DNA from: an uncultured Gammaproteobacteria bacterium
GTDB taxonomy: Bacteria; Patescibacteriota; Patescibacteriia; JAHIZJ01
DNA: 64,000 bases
NCBI GenBank assembly: GCA_964371245.1
Contig: CAYJKP010000001.1
Location: 53,128-117,127, forward strand
Direction: 5' to 3'
The notes under the pieces were generated by a model. That model made no database searches. It saw only the letters and a program-made list of their open reading frames with translations, and had not been told where the DNA came from. The translations under genes were made by a program, and so were the position numbers. This document shows positions 59,006 through 64,000 of this stretch, in pieces; the first letter of the stretch is position 1, and every line of letters begins with the position of its first letter.

Positions 59006-60572
59006 ACCAGTTGTCCTGATTATCATGGACGGCTGGGGGGTGGCCGCTCCATCGAAAGGCAATGCCACGACATTAGCGCATATGCCTTTTATTGATTACC
59101 TCCTGGAAAACTACCCGGCTGTATTGCTCGAGGCTGGCGGTATTAGCGTCGGCTTGCCATGGGGAGAAATGGGCAATTCTGAGGTCGGCCACTTGACGAT
59201 CGGGGCCGGCAAAACCGTTTACCAGAGCCTGGCTCGGATCACAAAGGCGGTTGAAAGCGGCGAATTTTTCAAAAACTCGGCGTTTTTAATGGCGCTCGAG
59301 CACATAAAACATAATAATGGCAAACTTCATCTGATCGGACTACTGGGGTACGGCGGCGTTCATGCCCACCAGCTCCATTTAGAAAGCTTGATGCAGCTCG
59401 CTCAAGATCAAGGTTTGGCCAACGTCTATCTGCATTTGTTTCTGGATGGACGCGATACGCCGCGCAAGTCCGCTTTTAAATTTCTCAAAAGCTTACAGGA
59501 ACGGATCCATGAACGGTCGTATGGAAAAATTGCGTCATTATGCGGGCGTTTTTGGAGCATGGACCGGGACAATAAATGGGAACGAACCCAACGCGGGTAT
59601 CAGCTGCTGCGCGATGGTAAGGCTGAGTATACAAGTGAAGATCCAGCGCAGGCGATCCAAGCGTCCTATGACCGGGGAATCTATGACGAGGAGTTAGAGC
59701 CGACGCTCATCACCGAATCAGGCCAACCCGTCGCGACAATTCAGGATAATGACGCGGTTATCTATTTCAATTTCCGGGCAGACCGCGGCCGCCAACTGAC
59801 CCAGGCGTTTGTCGAGGATGATTTCGAAGGATTCGCGCGAGGCCAAAAGCCGAAAAACCTGTTTTTTGTCACCATGACCGAATACAAAAAGGATCTACCG
59901 GTCCAGGTTGCTTTTCCGCGTGAATACGTGCGTGAACCATTGGCCAAGGTTGTCAGTGAAAATAACGGCAAGCAGCTCCATGTAGCGGAGTCGGAGAAAT
60001 ACGCCCACGTGACTTTTTTCATCAATGGGCTGCAGGAAAAAAGTTTTGACGGTGAGGAGCGGGTGCTCATTCCTTCGCCCCTGGTTGATACCTACGCGAA
60101 AACACCGGCGATGTCGAGCGAGCAAATAACCAAGGCTGTCCTAACGGGTTTGCGCAAAAACGAATACAGTCTCGTTATCGTCAATTTTGCCAATCCGGAC
60201 ATGGTCGCGCATACCGGCAATTTGCAGGCAACGATCCAGGCGCTTGAAGCCGATGATACGTTTTTGGAGAAAATAATTACTCATGTTCTTGATCAAGACG
60301 GAACCGTGATCATCACCGCCGACCATGGCAACGCTGAAGAAGTCGTCAAACTGCAAACCGGCGAACCGGACAAAGAGCACAGCTGCCGGTCAGTACCCTG
60401 TTTAATAATCAACAACGCCTTAAAAGGCCGGACGCCGCCCCTGACCAGGGATCGGTTGTATACCCTGCAGAGCCGCGGCACGCTGGTTGATGTCGCCCCG
60501 ACCGTGCTCGCGATTATGGGACTGCAAAAACCGCGTGAGATGGTGGGCATTAATCTACTTAAGGTACTTTAA
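58995..60572 (+). CDS. gpmI: 2,3-BPG-independent phosphoglycerate mutase
   Basis: IMDGWG, MGNSEVGH, DGRD, NFRADR, EKYAHVTFF, DMVAHTG, TADHGNAE. Confidence 0.96.
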   Translation: MTSKPVVLIIMDGWGVAAPSKGNATTLAHMPFIDYLLENYPAVLLEAGGISVGLPWGEMGNSEVGHLTIGAGKTVYQSLARITKAVESGEFFKNSAFLMALEHIKHNNGKLHLIGLLGYGGVHAHQLHLESLMQLAQDQGLANVYLHLFLDGRDTPRKSAFKFLKSLQERIHERSYGKIASLCGRFWSMDRDNKWERTQRGYQLLRDGKAEYTSEDPAQAIQASYDRGIYDEELEPTLITESGQPVATIQDNDAVIYFNFRADRGRQLTQAFVEDDFEGFARGQKPKNLFFVTMTEYKKDLPVQVAFPREYVREPLAKVVSENNGKQLHVAESEKYAHVTFFINGLQEKSFDGEERVLIPSPLVDTYAKTPAMSSEQITKAVLTGLRKNEYSLVIVNFANPDMVAHTGNLQATIQALEADDTFLEKIITHVLDQDGTVIITADHGNAEEVVKLQTGEPDKEHSCRSVPCLIINNALKGRTPPLTRDRLYTLQSRGTLVDVAPTVLAIMGLQKPREMVGINLLKVL

Positions 60573-60577
60573 TCTCC

Positions 60578-61057
60578 ATGCGTGAAAAAGAGTTTAACTA
60601 CAGTCAAATAACGAAATACATCTATCTCAGCTCGCGCTTGTACACGCGCAAGGATCTTGAGCAAATTTTACGTTTGGGCGTGCAAGCGAATGTTGATCTT
60701 GAGATGGAAAAAATGGACCGGCCGAAAGACCTCCTGGCCTATCTCTGGATTCCGGTCAAGGATTTTAACTCGCCCTCGCTGGAACAGTTTTTCCTGGGAG
60801 TCGATTTTATCGACCAGCTGGTGCGACGCCGGATTAAAACCATTGTGCATTGCAACGTCGGGTACGGCCGAGCGCCAACATTGGTCGCCGCCTACCTGAT
60901 GGCGATAAAAGGATATTCGTTGAAACGCGCCGTAACGTTTTTAAGCCACAAGCGCCCGGGTGTCCATCCGAGTCCTGGGCAGATTCGCGGCATGAAAACG
61001 TTTATCCGTGCCTTTCGGTTGACCCAAAAAAAGAGCAAGAGCAAAGTGGTTATATAG
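60578..61057 (+). CDS. Dual-specificity protein phosphatase
   Basis: HCNVGYGRA (CX5R); WIPVKD. Confidence 0.88.
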   Translation: MREKEFNYSQITKYIYLSSRLYTRKDLEQILRLGVQANVDLEMEKMDRPKDLLAYLWIPVKDFNSPSLEQFFLGVDFIDQLVRRRIKTIVHCNVGYGRAPTLVAAYLMAIKGYSLKRAVTFLSHKRPGVHPSPGQIRGMKTFIRAFRLTQKKSKSKVVI

Positions 61058-61122
61058 GACTTAGACGTCAACGGCCGGAGAACGTTCTAGCCGTTTTTAT
61101 ATTTTCCCGGTATACTAGCACT

Positions 61123-61821
61123 ATGCGTCTCCATGTTTTTTTAGCCAAAGCCGGCATTGCCTCACGACGGACCTGCGAAGAATACATCCGCCGCGGTTTT
61201 GTTATGGTGAATGGAAAGAAAGTAACGGCCATGGGCGTGACGGTTGAACCGGGGAAAGACGTGGTCGAATATAAACACCGAGTCGTAACCCTGGCTCAAT
61301 TACACCGCTTAATTGCCTATTATAAACCTGTCGGGGTTGTTTCGACGATGCAGCGGAGTCAAGAACGGGGCAAGTCGCTGAGCGAAGCGCTGCCGTTTTC
61401 CGAACGACTTTTTCCGATCGGCCGGCTTGATAAGAATTCCGAGGGTCTGTTGCTGCTCACCAACGACGGTGCCCTAGCGCTGCAATTAAGCCATCCGCGC
61501 TACGAGCATGAAAAGGAATACGAGGTTACGGTGGCGCGGCGGTTGGAACCGAATGAACTTGAGCGGCTGCGCCAACCTTTCTCGCTAGACGGCTATCGGA
61601 CCCAGCCAGCACAGATTGAACCAGTCGGTGAGCGAACCTACCGTATTATCTTACACGAAGGTCGGAAACGACAGATTCGGCGGATGTGCGAAAAAATTGG
61701 CGTCCCTGTTCTGCGACTCATTCGCGTGCGTCTGGGCCCGTTCGCGCTCGGCACGCTCCAACCGGGCGCTTGGCAAGAGCTTGATATTCAGCAGGCCCAG
61801 CAAGTGCTCGCCGAAACATGA
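61123..61821 (+). CDS. RsuA/RluB-family pseudouridine synthase
   Basis: S4 domain GIASRR, GRLDKNSEGLLLLTNDG, EGRKRQIRRM. Confidence 0.93.
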   Translation: MRLHVFLAKAGIASRRTCEEYIRRGFVMVNGKKVTAMGVTVEPGKDVVEYKHRVVTLAQLHRLIAYYKPVGVVSTMQRSQERGKSLSEALPFSERLFPIGRLDKNSEGLLLLTNDGALALQLSHPRYEHEKEYEVTVARRLEPNELERLRQPFSLDGYRTQPAQIEPVGERTYRIILHEGRKRQIRRMCEKIGVPVLRLIRVRLGPFALGTLQPGAWQELDIQQAQQVLAET

Positions 61822-62492
61822 TACCGTTACGCGATCACAATCCGTCGGGGAAAACCCCATATGTAACGTACGGCCTGATTTGTATTAACGTCGCCGTTTT
61901 TGTCTATATGCTGACCCTTGGCAGTGGGGTTGATGCGTTTATCAGCCGCTACGCGCTCACACCAGCCGATATCCTTCGCGGAACAGGTTGGCTAACGTTC
62001 ATCACCTCGATGTTTATTCACGGTGGCTTTTTGCATATTATTGGAAATATGCTTTTCTTTTATATTTTTGGCGACAACCTGGAAGCGTACCTCGGACGAC
62101 TTAAATTTATCGGTTTCTATCTTGCCAGCGGTATTGTTGCCACGGCTGCGCAATTTCTCATCGCGTCGCATTCCACGGTTCCGCAAATTGGCGCCTCGGG
62201 CGCAATCGCCGGCATCATGGGCGCGTATCTGGCCCTCTTTCCAGAGGCGAGAATTGAAACACTCTGGACGCTGGGTTTTTGGATTCAACGGGTTACTGTG
62301 TCGGCCCGATTCATGCTCCTGTACTGGATCATATTCCAGTTTTTCTACGGTTTTGGCAGTATCGGCGCGCAGGGCGGCGTCGCGTATTTTGCGCATATCG
62401 GTGGTTTCATATTCGGCTACGGATTAATGAAAATCTTCGCCCGCAACCAGGGAAGGAAGATACCGCCGCCGACTCGATACTTCTATCAGTGA
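61818..62492 (+). CDS. Rhomboid intramembrane serine protease
   Basis: HGGFLHIIGNM, GASGA, AHIGG. Confidence 0.93.
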   Translation: MIPLRDHNPSGKTPYVTYGLICINVAVFVYMLTLGSGVDAFISRYALTPADILRGTGWLTFITSMFIHGGFLHIIGNMLFFYIFGDNLEAYLGRLKFIGFYLASGIVATAAQFLIASHSTVPQIGASGAIAGIMGAYLALFPEARIETLWTLGFWIQRVTVSARFMLLYWIIFQFFYGFGSIGAQGGVAYFAHIGGFIFGYGLMKIFARNQGRKIPPPTRYFYQ

Positions 62493-62646
62493 CGCCTAGC
62501 GCTTGACAGGAAGAGCGAAATCCTATTAGATACAGACGAAAATAGCAGTGTTGCTCGATAGATTCGGGGACGATCTTTGTCATTGTCCATTCACTCACGG
62601 CTTCGGATACCAGCGGGGCGCTACTCAGTCTCGCAGGAGGCAAGTC

Positions 62647-63762
62647 ATGCCAGGTGTCAGAGTGACCGGCTTTGGTTCTTATGTTCCAGAGCGGGTTGTT
62701 AACAACGCGGAGTTTTCAGATTTGATGAATGCAGAACTTCGTCGTCTGGCGGCGGAGGGACGTATCAATCAAGCGGATCTCGAAGGACTACTGTGTAAGC
62801 CGGACTGGATCGTTGAGCGGACCGGCGTTGAAGAACGCCATCTGGCTGCGCCCGATCAGGCCACAAGCGATCTGGCGGTACCGGCGATCAAGTGTTGCCT
62901 CGGCTGGTCGGGATACCAGCCGATGGATCGGAGCGCACTTGTTGTCGGCACGGTCATGGGTGACGAACCGACCACTCCGACGACGGCAGCGAGAATTCAG
63001 CACAAACTGGGCTGGCCGGTTCGCCATGACGACGGTCGGCTGGTTGACCGCATGATGTACGATACGAGCGCGGCGTGCACAAGCTTTGGCATGGCCCTAG
63101 CGCAACTCGAAGCGCTGATCCGCTCGGGCAACCGAACGGGCGGCGTCGCTGTCGGCGTTGACGTGATGTCGCGGCTGAGGAATCCTTTGCGACGCGGGAT
63201 CGCTCCGCTCTTGGCTGACGCGGGTTTTGCCGTGAGTCTGGAAGCGACCGACGATCCAGCACTGGACTGTTTCCTGCCCGACGGCCAGAGTTTCTTCTTC
63301 GGCGGCGACGGCCAATATGCCGAGGAGATCATCGTTCGAGCTGGTGGCACGAGACAACCGGTTACTCCCGAGATGCTGGCCGACCCGCTGTGCTGGGATA
63401 CCGGCATCTATATGAACGGCAACTCGGTGTTCAGGCTGATCGTCAACCTGGTCAAGAACGAGATCATCCATCAGGCGCTCGCGAAGGCCGGGCTGACCCT
63501 GGCTGACATCGGGCAGTTTATCTTCCACCAGGCGAATCTCCGCATGATTACGCCAATTACGGACAAACTGAAGATCACGCAACGGACCTACAACAACGTC
63601 CAGCGGTATGGGAATACCACATCTGCGTCCGTTGGTCTCTGCTTGGACGAGGCGTATGCGGCTGGCCGGCTGCAACCGGGCATGAATGTCATGATCGTCG
63701 TCTTCGGCGGCGGGTTCACCTGGGGGACGATCATCCTGAAGTGGCCGGAGCTGAGGGTATAG
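62647..63762 (+). CDS. fabH: 3-oxoacyl-ACP synthase III (FabH/KAS III-like)
   Basis: AACTSF, FHQAN, GNTTSAS triad; FGGGFTWG; AGGAGG SD. Confidence 0.88.
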   Translation: MPGVRVTGFGSYVPERVVNNAEFSDLMNAELRRLAAEGRINQADLEGLLCKPDWIVERTGVEERHLAAPDQATSDLAVPAIKCCLGWSGYQPMDRSALVVGTVMGDEPTTPTTAARIQHKLGWPVRHDDGRLVDRMMYDTSAACTSFGMALAQLEALIRSGNRTGGVAVGVDVMSRLRNPLRRGIAPLLADAGFAVSLEATDDPALDCFLPDGQSFFFGGDGQYAEEIIVRAGGTRQPVTPEMLADPLCWDTGIYMNGNSVFRLIVNLVKNEIIHQALAKAGLTLADIGQFIFHQANLRMITPITDKLKITQRTYNNVQRYGNTTSASVGLCLDEAYAAGRLQPGMNVMIVVFGGGFTWGTIILKWPELRV

Positions 63763-63794
63763 CTGTTGAATCGCACAACCAACGAGGGGTTTGC

Positions 63795-63823
63795 GGGAGA
63801 GTCTTCGGACGGCTCCCTTTTTT
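63795..63823 (+). terminator. Intrinsic terminator
   Basis: GGGAG..GTC-TTCG-GAC..CTCCC-TTTTTT. Confidence 0.65.
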
Positions 63824-63888
63824 CTTGCCAAACGCCAGGTACTTTGGTATGATGCGGGCAAGAGTAATTATCCATAATTTTTTTTACC

Positions 63889-64000
63889 ATGAAAATACAA
63901 GTTCAACGTGACCTGTGCATCAGCGCCGCTTCATGCGTAGCGGTGGCGCCAGGGGTATTTCAGCTCGATACCGAGGGTAAGGTGTACGTTGTTGATCCAA
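63889..64000 (+). CDS. Ferredoxin (partial, 3Fe-4S-like)
   Basis: MKIQVQRDLCISAASCVAVAPGVFQLD (CxxAxxC). Confidence 0.8.
   Translation, partial: MKIQVQRDLCISAASCVAVAPGVFQLDTEGKVYVVDP

Overview
64 kb of a bacterial chromosome, genetic code 11, most likely Patescibacteria/CPR (Parcubacteria-like). That assignment is an inference from the short SigA with a Lys-rich N-tail, patchy metabolism, many small membrane proteins and palindromic inserts. Core genes: truD, uvrA, CIRCE-groES-groEL, ppsA, dnaG-rpoD, gpmI, a pseudouridine synthase, tRNA-Ser(GGA) and tRNA-Asn(GTT). An accessory tract (about 16-42 kb) carries a SufS-like desulfurase/DUF4395/Cys-motif histidine kinase/response regulator unit, an AT-rich HEPN gene, and a deoxyhypusine-synthase-like + PurD-like ATP-grasp + agmatinase + broken SMR cluster. 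A surface-protein cluster (46-59 kb) has an S8 protease, an Ig-C39 peptidase and an alpha-2-macroglobulin. Top observations: (1) the alpha-2-macroglobulin lacks the CxEQ thioester but carries a 130-aa Hint domain at the bait-region position; (2) both tRNAs are followed by degenerate shadow copies interrupted by hairpin insertions; (3) several ORF-free structured RNA candidates have their own promoters. All family calls come from motif recognition by eye, not database searches.
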